DNA of 64,000 nt from an uncultured bacterium (lineage in GTDB: Bacteria; Planctomycetota; SZUA-567; JAKLDR01), in NCBI GenBank assembly GCA_937935355.1, contig CALGYR010000091.1, positions 2,131 through 66,130 on the forward strand, in the 5' to 3' direction. The notes beneath the pieces were generated by a model, which saw only the letters and a program-made list of their open reading frames with translations, had not been told where the DNA came from and did not search any database. A program made the translations under genes and the position numbers. Shown here in pieces: positions 53,350-62,634 of the stretch; the first letter of the stretch is position 1, and each line of letters begins with the position of its first letter.

Positions 53350-55318
53350 GTCGAATCCGCTGCACGTAGCGCAGAGAAACGCCGCACTGGTCGGCCGCTT
53401 CGCGATTGCTCAGGTCGGGGGATTGGGCCAGCAGCCCGGCCACGGCCTCGCGCTTGGAAGGCTCGTCCTCGGCGTCGCCCTGAAGGTCCAGCTCGGGCTG
53501 CGGCTCGGTTGCATAGCCGATGCGGTTGTGGTCGAGCGCCCAGCGATGGACGAGGCCTTTAGCCTCGGCGCGCTCCAGGAACTTCCCGGCGCGGTAGTCG
53601 CTGAGGTCGTGCTCGTTGGCGGCCAGCAGGATCGCCGGCCTGGACCTGGGCTCGGGGGCCAGGAAGGCTTCGACGAACTGCTCCGGCGTCCAGTCCGGCA
53701 GCGGCTCGTCTGGTGCGCCCTCCGGGCTCGGCTTCGGCTGCTTCCTGTTGGGCTTCTTGAGGCTCTTGGGATCGAGCGTGTGGTCCGGCACCCACAGCGG
53801 GAACTGCTGGCGCAGGACGAAGGACGGCGGCGACGGCCAGGAGCGCGCCACGGCGTCGACCGACAGGCAGCCGTCCTGCTCGTGCGGCCGGAGGATGAAG
53901 TGGCAGTCGGCCGCGCGCGACTGGCTGCCTGCGCCGGCGCCCACGTCGGTCACGCCCTTCTCCGACTGCAGGCCCTTGGTGGTGTGGTGGATGAGGACGA
54001 AGGCTGCCTCCAGGCGCGCGGCCCAGCGGTCCAGGAGGTTGTAGAGGTTGGCCATCGTGCCGTTGTCGTTCTCGTCCATGTCCCGCGGCATGAAGCGATA
54101 GAAGGCGTCCAGGATGATCAGCTTGAAGTGCCCGGGCGGCAGCGCCTTGAAGTAGTCCTCCATCTTGAAGAGGTCCTGGAGCTGGCCGCGCAGGGTCTTC
54201 ACGCAGAAGTCATGGCCCCACGGCCCGGGCGACAGCCCCATCGCCTCGGCCACACGCGGGATGCGGTTGGCGAGCGTTTGAGGGTGGAGCTCGTTGTCGA
54301 GGAGGAGGACGCGGCCCTTCTCGGTCGGGAAGTCGAGCCACGCTCGGCCGGAGACGACCGACAGGGCCAGGTCGAGAACGAGCCACGACTTGCCCGTCTT
54401 GGGGGCGGCGATCACGTTCATGATCTCGCCCTCGCGCAGAAGGCCGTGGATGATGGGCTTGCACATTGTCTTGTAGTCCTCCAGAAGCTGGGCCACGGCC
54501 AGGTAGGCGGCTGCCGGACTGCGCGCGAAGTCCTGGCCGAAGTGGTCCTCGGCCAGCGCCACGGAGATCTGGTCGGGCGGATAGCGCGCGACGCTGGTCG
54601 CGATGTGGCGGATCTCGCTCGCCGGCAGCGGCGGCTGGCAGCGGTCGGCGTTGACGCGCTCGATGGCCGCCAGGAGTTCGGCCTCGGTCATGCCCACGCG
54701 ACGCATTGCGCCGGCGAGACGCGCGACGGCCACGTTGCGCTGGCCCGATGGGATGGGGTTGCCGGCGGTGGAGGCGACCGGCTGCGGGCGTTCGAGGTCG
54801 TCCAAGAGCGCCGCCAGCCATGCCGGAGGCTCGGGCAGCCGGTCCGGCGGTACATCCAGCTCGAACGTCTCGGCCCAGGCGTAGGCGCCGTCCTCCGTCA
54901 CGGAGGGCGGGGCCACGATGTATCCGCCGTTCGCCCGAACGTCCACCTTGGGCGCGAGCTTGCCGGAGCTGGAGCCCCAGGATCGGCCGGCCGGTTGCCG
55001 GAAGACATGGTGCCGCCCGCCACGGGGCGTCAGCGACATGGGCCCGCAGGCGAGCGACTCGGCCTTCTCCGGATCGTCAGCCAGCCAGGCGTTGCTCGCG
55101 CCGTCGATGTCGATGACCGCCAGGTCGGCCGTGGCGATGCCGACGTTGGCGTCAGGCCACTGCGTCCACCACGCCTCGATCTGGGCCGGGTCGGTCGTGG
55201 CGTCCTTGAAGCCGTGCTCGGTGAGCGGCTTCTTCGTCCCCGGCACGCAGGGGAAGACGGGGTAACCCAGCTCCGCGTAGTGGATGGCCGCGGAGAGGTA
55301 GCGGTTGCGGTCGGCCAT
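53309..55318 (-). CDS. Bifunctional primase-polymerase, PriCT, AAA (RepA-like) helicase and C-terminal HTH
   Basis: PVFPC...KKPL...ANVGIAT...IDID; GQRNVAVARLAG; APKTGKS; LDNEL; HHTTKG. Confidence 0.92.
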   Translation of the reverse strand: MADRNRYLSAAIHYAELGYPVFPCVPGTKKPLTEHGFKDATTDPAQIEAWWTQWPDANVGIATADLAVIDIDGASNAWLADDPEKAESLACGPMSLTPRGGRHHVFRQPAGRSWGSSSGKLAPKVDVRANGGYIVAPPSVTEDGAYAWAETFELDVPPDRLPEPPAWLAALLDDLERPQPVASTAGNPIPSGQRNVAVARLAGAMRRVGMTEAELLAAIERVNADRCQPPLPASEIRHIATSVARYPPDQISVALAEDHFGQDFARSPAAAYLAVAQLLEDYKTMCKPIIHGLLREGEIMNVIAAPKTGKSWLVLDLALSVVSGRAWLDFPTEKGRVLLLDNELHPQTLANRIPRVAEAMGLSPGPWGHDFCVKTLRGQLQDLFKMEDYFKALPPGHFKLIILDAFYRFMPRDMDENDNGTMANLYNLLDRWAARLEAAFVLIHHTTKGLQSEKGVTDVGAGAGSQSRAADCHFILRPHEQDGCLSVDAVARSWPSPPSFVLRQQFPLWVPDHTLDPKSLKKPNRKQPKPSPEGAPDEPLPDWTPEQFVEAFLAPEPRSRPAILLAANEHDLSDYRAGKFLERAEAKGLVHRWALDHNRIGYATEPQPELDLQGDAEDEPSKREAVAGLLAQSPDLSNREAADQCGVSLRYVQRIRRELTANKEANNEG

Positions 55319-57006
55319 CAGAAGGGCACCTCGTCGTCGGCCGCCGCATACGCCTCCTCGACGGGTTCGCCATCGTTCCAGCCGGGCTCGGGGCACTCGG
55401 GCACGTCGCCCAGTTCGTGACCGACGACCTGGTCATACTTCTCGCCGGCGACGGACCGCACGGTGATGGACCTGGTCTCGGCCAGCGCGCCGGATTGGGC
55501 CAGGTAGACGGCGTCCTCGGCCGAGTCGGGCACTGGCAGCTTCGAGCGCCGCTTCCACCACTCTTCGGCCTTGTGGCGCGCGTAGCCGCTGTGCTCGAAG
55601 CAGATCCACTCCGACTGGTACTTGTTCCAGCCGAGCTGGTACTCGACCCGCATGGACCGCGGAGCGCCCTCCGGCGCGTCGCGCTTCACGTGGACGGTAT
55701 AGGTGACATCCTCGACCGGGTAGGTGGAGAGGGTGACTTGGCCCGAGAGGATGCCTTCCGAGCCCGCGCTGGCGTCGTGCTTGACCTCCCGCGGCGGGAA
55801 CTCATGACCGCAGTCGGGGCACTTGGCGTAGCCGGCGTGGATGACCGACCGGCACTCCGGGCACTCCTTGGCCGGCGGCTCGCCGCCCGAGCCCACCTTC
55901 GGGTCATGGATGCGGATCGCGTCAACCGGCCCATGGCGCAGGATGTTGCCGCCGAAGTCGAGGACCAGGCAGTTCTTCTTGCCTTCGCAGAGGCGGAAGC
56001 CCCTCCCGACCATTTGATAATAAAGCCCCGGCGAGAGCGTCGGCCGGAGCAAGGCGATGCAGTCGATGTTGGGCGCGTCAAAGCCGGTCGTGAGGACGTT
56101 GACGTTGGCCAGGTACTTGAGGCCGCCGCTACGGAACTCGGCGAGCAACCGGTCGCGATCCTGGTCAGATGTTTCGCCGAAGACTGCACCGCAGCGCTGG
56201 CCCATGCGTTCGAGCGTCGCGGCCACATGCTTGGCGTGCTCAACGCCGCTCGTGAAGATCAGGCAGGCCTTGCGGTCGCCGGTGTACTCGACGATCTCTT
56301 TGCAGGCCGACTCCACGAGCCTGGCCTCGTCCATCAACGCCTCGACCTCGGCGGCGATGTACTCGCCGGCCCGGACGTGGAGGCCGTCGATGTCGGCCTT
56401 CTCCTTGCCGGCCTTGCTCACCAGCGGGCACAAGTAGCCTTGGAGGATGAGTTCCTTGACGCCGACCTCGTAGCACACGGCGTTCAGGATGTTCTCCGGG
56501 CCGCAGATGGGTCCCGAGGACATGCGGAAGGGCGTGGCGGTAAGGCCGATGACGCGGAGCCGCGGGTTCACCTCCTTCAGCCCGGCCAAGAGCGTCCTGT
56601 ACATCCCGTCGCCCTCCGGCGGGATCAGATGGGCCTCGTCGACTATAGCGATGTCGAAGTGCCCGAGTTCGGCCGCGCGCCGGTAGACGCTCTGGATGCC
56701 GGCCACGACGATGGCCTTGTCTTTGTCACGACAGCCCAACCCGGCCGAGTAGATGCCGATCTGGTGCCAGAGCTCGGGCGCGACCTGATGCAGCTTGTCC
56801 GCAGCCTGCTCGAGAAGCTCTTTCACATGCGCAAGGACCAGCACGCGGCCGTTCCATTGACCGACAGCATCCTTGCAGATCGTGGCGAGGCACGGCGTCT
56901 TGCCGCCGGCCGTCGGGATCACGATGCAGGAGTTGTCGTCATGCTCGCGGAGGTAGCGGTAGACCGCATCTACTGCCTCTCGTTGGTAGGGCCGGAGTTG
57001 GATCAT
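55318..57006 (-). CDS. Superfamily II DEAD/DEAH helicase with Zn ribbon (RadD/UvsW-like)
   Basis: LRPYQ, PTAGGKT, DEAH, LTATP, QMVGRGFR, CPEC/CPDC. Confidence 0.92.
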   Translation of the reverse strand: MIQLRPYQREAVDAVYRYLREHDDNSCIVIPTAGGKTPCLATICKDAVGQWNGRVLVLAHVKELLEQAADKLHQVAPELWHQIGIYSAGLGCRDKDKAIVVAGIQSVYRRAAELGHFDIAIVDEAHLIPPEGDGMYRTLLAGLKEVNPRLRVIGLTATPFRMSSGPICGPENILNAVCYEVGVKELILQGYLCPLVSKAGKEKADIDGLHVRAGEYIAAEVEALMDEARLVESACKEIVEYTGDRKACLIFTSGVEHAKHVAATLERMGQRCGAVFGETSDQDRDRLLAEFRSGGLKYLANVNVLTTGFDAPNIDCIALLRPTLSPGLYYQMVGRGFRLCEGKKNCLVLDFGGNILRHGPVDAIRIHDPKVGSGGEPPAKECPECRSVIHAGYAKCPDCGHEFPPREVKHDASAGSEGILSGQVTLSTYPVEDVTYTVHVKRDAPEGAPRSMRVEYQLGWNKYQSEWICFEHSGYARHKAEEWWKRRSKLPVPDSAEDAVYLAQSGALAETRSITVRSVAGEKYDQVVGHELGDVPECPEPGWNDGEPVEEAYAAADDEVPF

Positions 57007-57266
57007 GCGGTCCACCGGCCTGGCGTTCTGAAGAGCGTCGTCTGCAGTGGGCTCGAACTCCCGGCGTCCTCCAGCAGCTTCGTCAGCGGCTTGCCGCCGT
57101 ATTTTCGGTCCCACTCCTCGACCAGCTCCGGACGGAGAATGGGTCGCGACGAGGCCTCCAGCGCCTTGCCGAAGCGCCTGAACGGATCGACCACGTTCCG
57201 AAATGAGCGCGTGTAGTAGATGTGAAAGGCCCAGACCCTGAAACGGGCTTCGAGTTCGGCGGTCAT
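57003..57266 (-). CDS. Small hypothetical protein
   Basis: ATGA overlaps on both sides. Confidence 0.55.
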   Translation of the reverse strand: MTAELEARFRVWAFHIYYTRSFRNVVDPFRRFGKALEASSRPILRPELVEEWDRKYGGKPLTKLLEDAGSSSPLQTTLFRTPGRWTA

Positions 57267-57727
57267 GCGAAGCGCCTCCGGCCGTGCTCCGCGATCAGTG
57301 CGGCGTCGACGAGACCGTCATGGGGCTTCGAGGAGTGCTCCGATGCGCGCCAGTCGGCGCTCGGCCACAGGCGGCTCGCGCCCAGGTACTCCGAGCCCCT
57401 GGGCTGGCCGGCCAGCATCGTCTTCTGCCACTCCTGCGGCCGGACCAGTTCATAGGGCAGCGCCAATCCCGCGCAGATCCCGCGGACGAGTCCCCATCCG
57501 GTGCCGAAAGTGAACATGGAGACGACGCCCTGGCCGGGCCGGGCGCCGACGTGTTCGATGAAGACGTGCGCCAACCGATGCCGAAGCAGCCAGCTCACCA
57601 CCGCCTGCTCGTCGATCTGCCGGCGCTTGCCGACCGCCACGGTCGGCATGACCGCCAGCTCCAGCCCCTCGGGGCCGATGGCGGCCAGGCCGCCATCGAG
57701 CCCCGGATCGATACCCACGCAGATCAT
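57263..57727 (-). CDS. RuvC-like Holliday junction resolvase
   Basis: GIDPGLDGG, FIEHV, FTFGTGWG, VRPQEWQK, DGLVDAALIA. Confidence 0.88.
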   Translation of the reverse strand: MICVGIDPGLDGGLAAIGPEGLELAVMPTVAVGKRRQIDEQAVVSWLLRHRLAHVFIEHVGARPGQGVVSMFTFGTGWGLVRGICAGLALPYELVRPQEWQKTMLAGQPRGSEYLGASRLWPSADWRASEHSSKPHDGLVDAALIAEHGRRRFA

Positions 57728-57731
57728 GGCT

Positions 57732-57908
57732 TCAGTCCCGGCAGTTACGGCAGACCTGATAGCCGTACTGCTCCTCGATGCAGCTCTGGCAGCACTGCGC
57801 ACCGCAGAGATCGCACTCGGCAGTCTCCTCGTGACACTCCGTGCCGCACGCCTCGCACCGCGCTATGAGATCGCGGGAGGTGACTGATTCATCGAGGTCG
57901 ATCAACAT
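57732..57908 (-). CDS. 58-aa Cys-rich zinc-finger protein (not in the ORF track)
   Basis: Hand translation: MLIDLDESVTSRDLIARCEACGTECHEETAECDLCGAQCCQSCIEEQYGYQVCRNCRD; fills the gap exactly. Confidence 0.65.
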   Translation of the reverse strand: MLIDLDESVTSRDLIARCEACGTECHEETAECDLCGAQCCQSCIEEQYGYQVCRNCRD

Positions 57909-57915
57909 GGCCGGT

Positions 57916-58365
57916 CTACCTGCGCCAGGGAGGCGTGGAGTTCGCGGCCTGCGCCGGGCGGTCGGCGGCCGTCTCGCGCCTGGCGTAGCCCTTGATGACG
58001 TTGCGGATCACGCCGTCGCTGCCCTTCTTCATGGCCACGGAGATCAGGATGGGGACGTTGTGCAGCTCGCAGCTGTCGGCCGGCGTCAGGATGCCTACCG
58101 CCCGGCAGACCGCTGAGAGCTCCGACCGGGCGATCTTCACGGTCAGCTGGTTGGGGTGCTCGAGGTTCAGGCGCGCCCACACCAGCCGCCCCTTGAACTC
58201 GCCGTCGACCACCTGGAAGGTCAGCTCCAGGAACTTGCCCTGCCCGTTCTTGGTGGGCCGCTCCTCCGACTTGGTGATGACCGCGAGGTACTTGGCGGCC
58301 GGGATCGGCTCGAACTCGGCCATCGGCTCGACGTTGTTGGCGTTGAATCCTGCGAGGTTAGCCAT
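57916..58365 (-). CDS. DUF669 family (SSB-like) protein
   Basis: FEPIPAAKYLAVITKSEERPTKNGQGKFLELTFQV. Confidence 0.88.
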   Translation of the reverse strand: MANLAGFNANNVEPMAEFEPIPAAKYLAVITKSEERPTKNGQGKFLELTFQVVDGEFKGRLVWARLNLEHPNQLTVKIARSELSAVCRAVGILTPADSCELHNVPILISVAMKKGSDGVIRNVIKGYARRETAADRPAQAANSTPPWRR

Positions 58366-59149
58366 TGGACTCTGCTCCCTTCTGCTCCATGTCCTTGCCC
58401 ACGAGCGCCGCGAGCAACGCCGGCCAGGACAGCGGCAGCTCCGCGGGCAGCCCGTAACGGTTCTTGGCCACGCACGACGGACCGCCCACCGTGCGGAGGA
58501 TGCGCTCGCCGCCGTCCTTGCCGATGCCCACCGCGATGGTGCGGGCGCGGCCGAACCCGGCGTCCTGGGTCTCCGTCCGAATCTTGCGAGTCGCGAAAAG
58601 CACCGCGTCGGACCACTCGGTCAAGAGCGCACTGGCGTGCTTGTGCAGCCGCGGGCTGTAGCGGTCGTAAGGCGCCGACTCCGGGTCCTCGAACTTCTCC
58701 ACCTTGGCGTGGGCCAGGGCGATGACCAGCATTCCGCGCTTGTTGCGGAGCAGGTCCAGCCCGTCCACCACCTTGCGCCAGTAGGCCATCGCGTGCATGT
58801 AGCCGCGCTGATAGCCGCCGTCGGCCTTCTCGATGGAGTCCACGCCGTACTGCCGGCAGACCGCGTCCCAGATCAGCCGCTCCAGCCAGTCGAGGCTGTC
58901 CACGACCGCGGTGCCGTAGCCGTGCTTCTCGGCATCAAGCTCGGCCAGCGCGGCCAGGACGTCGTCCACCGTCTTGGCCAGCGGGAAGCGGTCGCAGGCG
59001 ATCTCCGAGAGCCCGTCCTCGGTCTGCAGGAAGATGGGCTTGGGAGCGCCGGCCGCCAGGGTGCTCTTCCCGATCCCTTCCGTTCCGTAGACCAGCAGGC
59101 GCGGCGGCAACACCTGCCTCCCGGTTTGGATTTGCTGCATCAGTCCCAC
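58358..59149 (-). CDS. AAA_24/Sak4-like ATPase (recombination)
   Basis: GAAGGAGAG then GTG; YGTEGIGKST; VDSLDWLE; AKNRY. Confidence 0.88.
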   Translation of the reverse strand: MGLMQQIQTGRQVLPPRLLVYGTEGIGKSTLAAGAPKPIFLQTEDGLSEIACDRFPLAKTVDDVLAALAELDAEKHGYGTAVVDSLDWLERLIWDAVCRQYGVDSIEKADGGYQRGYMHAMAYWRKVVDGLDLLRNKRGMLVIALAHAKVEKFEDPESAPYDRYSPRLHKHASALLTEWSDAVLFATRKIRTETQDAGFGRARTIAVGIGKDGGERILRTVGGPSCVAKNRYGLPAELPLSWPALLAALVGKDMEQKGAESNG

Positions 59150-59247
59150 GTTTCGCTCTCCTTCCTCAAAGGCGGGCAGGCGGGCTCGGGGAGTCTGAGC
59201 CGGTTGGCCCCAGGTCCGGCTACGCCATCCCGCCTGCCCTTCGGTGA

Positions 59248-60060
59248 TCAGATGGAATCGATGACCAGCGGCGACTCGTAGCCGGTCGGCCATTCGTTGG
59301 CCGCCGCGTAGCGCTTCAGGCGCTCGATGGCCGCCTCGTTCTCCTTGCGGGCGTGCGCCAGGATGCCGTCGTCCACCCGCCACACGCCGCAGCGGAACGG
59401 CTCCTGCTTCTCGATGGCGATGAGCCAGGCCGGGAGCTTCTCGCCGGCGATCACGTGGAGGACCGCCGCGTAGAAGGCGACCTGGTGGACGTAGCCGTAG
59501 CGCCGCGCGTCGGCCGTGAAGTAGTCCAAGTTGTCGGCGGTCTTGAGGTCGACGATCCCGCGGGAGATGTTCAGCCAGTCGAGCCTCGCCTGGGCGGGAA
59601 GCCCGCAGTACTTGCCGCGGACTACGCCCTCGGCCACGCCCTCGTGGAGCAGCTCGCAGGCGACCTGGTGCGCCTTGACGCCCTCGGCCATCCTGCCGAT
59701 CAGCTCAAACTGCTCGCCGGTCAGGACGGGCTTGCGCTGGGCTTTGGCCCACTCCGCCCAGGTCAGCGTGTTTGCCCCGTAGGGCCTCCCGGTCTTCTGG
59801 TTGATGGGGCCGCCGACGGCGTATTCCGCGGCGAACTTGTCCTGGCCCTCCAGGATCAGCGCGTGCGTGGCCCGGCCCACCAAGTACGCCGGCCGGTCCT
59901 CGTCCGGGATCAGCCCCTGCTTCTTCTTCCAGTACAGCAACGGACACCGGCGGAAGTCGCCCAAGGCGTGGCTCGTGAGGTGGGTTCTGGCCTTCTCTCG
60001 ATACTCCTCGAACGATTCGCGGATCAACATCTCCATCGGGTCAGACATCATGGCGATCAT
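59248..60060 (-). CDS. PD-(D/E)XK exonuclease-like protein (DUF3799/RecE-like)
   Basis: GRATHALILE, ARLDWL, IVDLKT, YVHQVAFY. Confidence 0.85.
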   Translation of the reverse strand: MIAMMSDPMEMLIRESFEEYREKARTHLTSHALGDFRRCPLLYWKKKQGLIPDEDRPAYLVGRATHALILEGQDKFAAEYAVGGPINQKTGRPYGANTLTWAEWAKAQRKPVLTGEQFELIGRMAEGVKAHQVACELLHEGVAEGVVRGKYCGLPAQARLDWLNISRGIVDLKTADNLDYFTADARRYGYVHQVAFYAAVLHVIAGEKLPAWLIAIEKQEPFRCGVWRVDDGILAHARKENEAAIERLKRYAAANEWPTGYESPLVIDSI

Positions 60061-60082
60061 CCTTCTCTCCGTTCGCAAGGTG

Positions 60083-60126
60083 CCTATTGGATTTCTACCC
60101 GGCCGAAGACCGAGTTAGCGGAGGGG
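60083..60126 (-). promoter_or_regulatory. 44-bp conserved motif upstream of the replication operon
   Basis: 40/44 identical to 39789-39832; overlaps the sigma gene stop. Confidence 0.7.
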
Positions 60127-60706
60127 CGCCCGCGCAGTCGCGCAGGCCGGCCGCTTCGAAGATGGCGCGGAGCTTCTTCAAACGGTCGTTCAGCGTTGAA
60201 CGAGGCAGGCCCAACTGGCGGGCCACTTCTGCCGGCGTGAATTTGGGCAGAAGCTCGCATATGCGGCGCAGTTCTTCGGGAAGCTGCGAAACCACCGCGT
60301 TGATGTCGTCGCCCAGCAGACAGGCGCTTCCGTCCGCGCCAGGCTGACCCTTGGTAGCCGGCGCCGCTATCGTTTCGGAGCGCGGGATCAGGGCCGAGTC
60401 ACCGTTGGGAATGCACTCGTTGAGCGAGCACTCCTCGCGGCTGGGATTGCGCATTTCCTGATCGCGATGCCGGATCAGGTTGCAGATCTTCCTCTTGATG
60501 AGCATCGATACGAAGGTCTTGGGCTTCATGCCCTTCTCGGCGTCGTATCGGGGAAGCCGGTCGAGGACATCGAGCATGATCTCCTGCTCCAGATCCTCGG
60601 CATCCGATTCGAGGAACTCCTCGTCTTCGATGAGACGCCTGACCTTATGGGCAATGACCCTCATGGCGTACTTGTGGATCTTCTCAAGCTCTCTGTCGGG
60701 CTCCAT
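60095..60706 (-). CDS. Sigma-70 family (ECF-like) sigma factor
   Basis: GAGGAGG RBS; DAEDLEQE...YD...TF; region-4 HTH AEVARQLGLPRSTL. Confidence 0.85.
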   Translation of the reverse strand: MEPDRELEKIHKYAMRVIAHKVRRLIEDEEFLESDAEDLEQEIMLDVLDRLPRYDAEKGMKPKTFVSMLIKRKICNLIRHRDQEMRNPSREECSLNECIPNGDSALIPRSETIAAPATKGQPGADGSACLLGDDINAVVSQLPEELRRICELLPKFTPAEVARQLGLPRSTLNDRLKKLRAIFEAAGLRDCAGAPPLTRSSAG

Positions 60707-60726
60707 CTGTGCCTCCTCGCGACCGG

Positions 60727-60816
60727 GGAGGCGTCGTGGGCACCGACCGAGGCAGCGACCGGGACTGGTGAAGGCATCGTGAGTTCGCCGTTTCGGCGGC
60801 ACCCACGACTGCCTCC
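60727..60816 (-). ncRNA. Structured leader upstream of the sigma gene
   Basis: GGAGGCGTCGTGGGCACC (60727-60744) pairs with GGCACCCACGACTGCCTCC (60798-60816); inner hairpin GCCG-TTT-CGGC. Confidence 0.45.
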
Positions 60817-60890
60817 ACCCTGTGGTCGGTCAATCGTCTGGTTCCGAAAAACTCGCTTGTTGACGGGATTGCGGGGGCCGAGCCCGCCGG

Positions 60891-61226
60891 TCAGGCAACA
60901 CCCTCCTCAAAGGTCATCACGAAAGGCAAGCCATGCCGGACTTCGAGGGAAAGGACCGTCCCGTCGCCCATTTCCTCGATCCTGGCCAGTAGCTGCCGTA
61001 CTTCCGCCTTGAGCACGAAGTCCGATATGCCAGACTCGGGCCTGAAGCAGCCGTAGCCGCTGCCGAACTTGGCCTGCAGGACAACGTGCGGCTTCGGCTC
61101 CATGACCGGTTCGCCCTGCCGAACGGTCAGGCGTTCGACGAAGCCGAAGCCGATCTCCTGCATGAGCCTGACCAACAGCTGTCTTGCGGGGGAGAGTGAT
61201 GCCAGTGTCGTCGCGGTATGGACCAT
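60891..61226 (-). CDS. Conserved hypothetical protein
   Basis: LSPARQLLVRLMQEIGFG...DFVLKAEV...LEVRHGLP. Confidence 0.7.
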   Translation of the reverse strand: MVHTATTLASLSPARQLLVRLMQEIGFGFVERLTVRQGEPVMEPKPHVVLQAKFGSGYGCFRPESGISDFVLKAEVRQLLARIEEMGDGTVLSLEVRHGLPFVMTFEEGVA

Positions 61227-61372
61227 GCCGAGCCTCGCTTTCCGCGCCCAGAGGGCGCAAGGAATTCCGAGAGGCCGGCCCGGCAAGCTCTTCACAGGGG
61301 GTCGCGTTGGCATCCATCCGGATGCCTCGGCTGCAGACCCCGAAAGCCGGACTCGCGCCTCACCGGGGAGGC

Positions 61373-61409
61373 GCTACTTCCGGGGTAGCAGTGCTACTTT
61401 CGGGGTAGC
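61373..61409. promoter_or_regulatory. Tandem palindromic operator-like sites
   Basis: GCTAC-TTCCGGG-GTAGC and GCTAC-TTTCGGG-GTAGC, 20-bp period. Confidence 0.6.
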
Positions 61410-61419
61410 AAACGCAGGA

Positions 61420-62634
61420 CTATGCGGTAGACCAGGCTATATGCTGCTGCGGGGCGTAGGAGAAGGTGCTCCCCATCTTCACGCTGTTGCTGAGATGCCG
61501 CCACAATTCCATGTCGTGCTTCTTGATTGCCTTGTAGGCGCCCTTGATGGCCTTGGACACTGCCTTTCGAAGGCGGTCTGCGTCGGTGTTCTTGCGAAGC
61601 TTACCTCCGCGCCCCGCCGCGCTTGCCAATGTCGCCTCGACCTTGGACAGCTCCTCCGCGATTGCCGCCTGCCGGCCGATATCGCGGTTCTTCTTGGCCT
61701 CGGCGAGCTCTTCACGCAGGTCGGCGGCCTCCGATCTGAGCTTTCGCGTGGCCTCAGGAGTTTGGAGTTCTCCAGTCGAGCCCATCGCAACCTTTTCCCC
61801 TGAGCTCGCCTCGACCATCTCGGCCACAAAGAACGTCTTATGCGGCTGCGAGAGCAGGAAAGCGACATAGGCCAGGCCCTTCGAGTCCGGCAAGTGGAAC
61901 CTGTCTCCCTCAAAGGCGATTTCCCACGCCTCGCCGGATTTCCGAAACACATGGGTAAGGTCGTCTGCGCCGGCGATGGACTCCCGGAAGATGGCCGCGA
62001 CATCCTGAAGCGGAGCGAGCCGGCCGGAATCGTCTGCGCCTATGGTCTCCTCCAGCGCCACAAAGGTTACCTTGCCCCCGTAGAGGGGGTCCTCCGGGGC
62101 GCTCCCGAAATGCTCGCGGGTAGGCGCCAGCAACGCAATCGGACCGCTTGCCGAAGCGACCAGCCGCGCCGAAACCGACATGAACCGCTCTGGTTCACAC
62201 TGGATCGTCAGATAGACGGGGACATTCTTCCCGGCGGCAGAAACGAAGGCTCCCACCCGGTACGTCTGATGGTCCGGCATCCTTGTTGGATTGGCCTCCA
62301 ACCCCATCGCGCCCGCCAGGGACTTCAGCAGCGCATCGACGTCCAAGCGCCAGACGACCCGATCCGCCTTGGCGATCTTCCTGACTGTACCGCAGTCCTC
62401 GCAGACGGCGACGATGTCGCCGGGGCCGTGCTCCACCACGCGGCACGCACCGCCACATCCTCCCTGCCCGACACACGGATAACCCGACGCCAAGTCACTG
62501 GTCGGTTGCAGGAGCCCCTTGGCCGCGTCGTACTCCGGGCCGAGCCGCTCGCGCCACTCGTCCGCTACCGCCGAGAGCCCCGGCAGCGCCTCAAGCGTTG
62601 GCCACAGCCGCAGCAACTTCTTTGTGCTCACCAT
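61420..62634 (-). CDS. Hypothetical regulator with Cys-containing N-terminus and C-terminal DNA-binding-like domain
   Basis: WEIAFEG...SKGLAYVAFLLSQP...ADRLRKAVSKAI...HLSNSV; CEDC. Confidence 0.72.
   Translation of the reverse strand: MVSTKKLLRLWPTLEALPGLSAVADEWRERLGPEYDAAKGLLQPTSDLASGYPCVGQGGCGGACRVVEHGPGDIVAVCEDCGTVRKIAKADRVVWRLDVDALLKSLAGAMGLEANPTRMPDHQTYRVGAFVSAAGKNVPVYLTIQCEPERFMSVSARLVASASGPIALLAPTREHFGSAPEDPLYGGKVTFVALEETIGADDSGRLAPLQDVAAIFRESIAGADDLTHVFRKSGEAWEIAFEGDRFHLPDSKGLAYVAFLLSQPHKTFFVAEMVEASSGEKVAMGSTGELQTPEATRKLRSEAADLREELAEAKKNRDIGRQAAIAEELSKVEATLASAAGRGGKLRKNTDADRLRKAVSKAIKGAYKAIKKHDMELWRHLSNSVKMGSTFSYAPQQHIAWSTA

Noticed and set aside
976-57216. Many long antisense or alternate-frame ORFs (e.g. 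976-1689, 6589-8904, 9455-11257, 28591-29865, 31657-33792, 35558-37549, 36495-38015, 49097-51169, 53423-55420, 55417-57216)
   Set aside because: Shadow ORFs of high-GC3 genes: Arg/Pro/Gly/His-rich, no motifs, fully overlapping well-supported genes.
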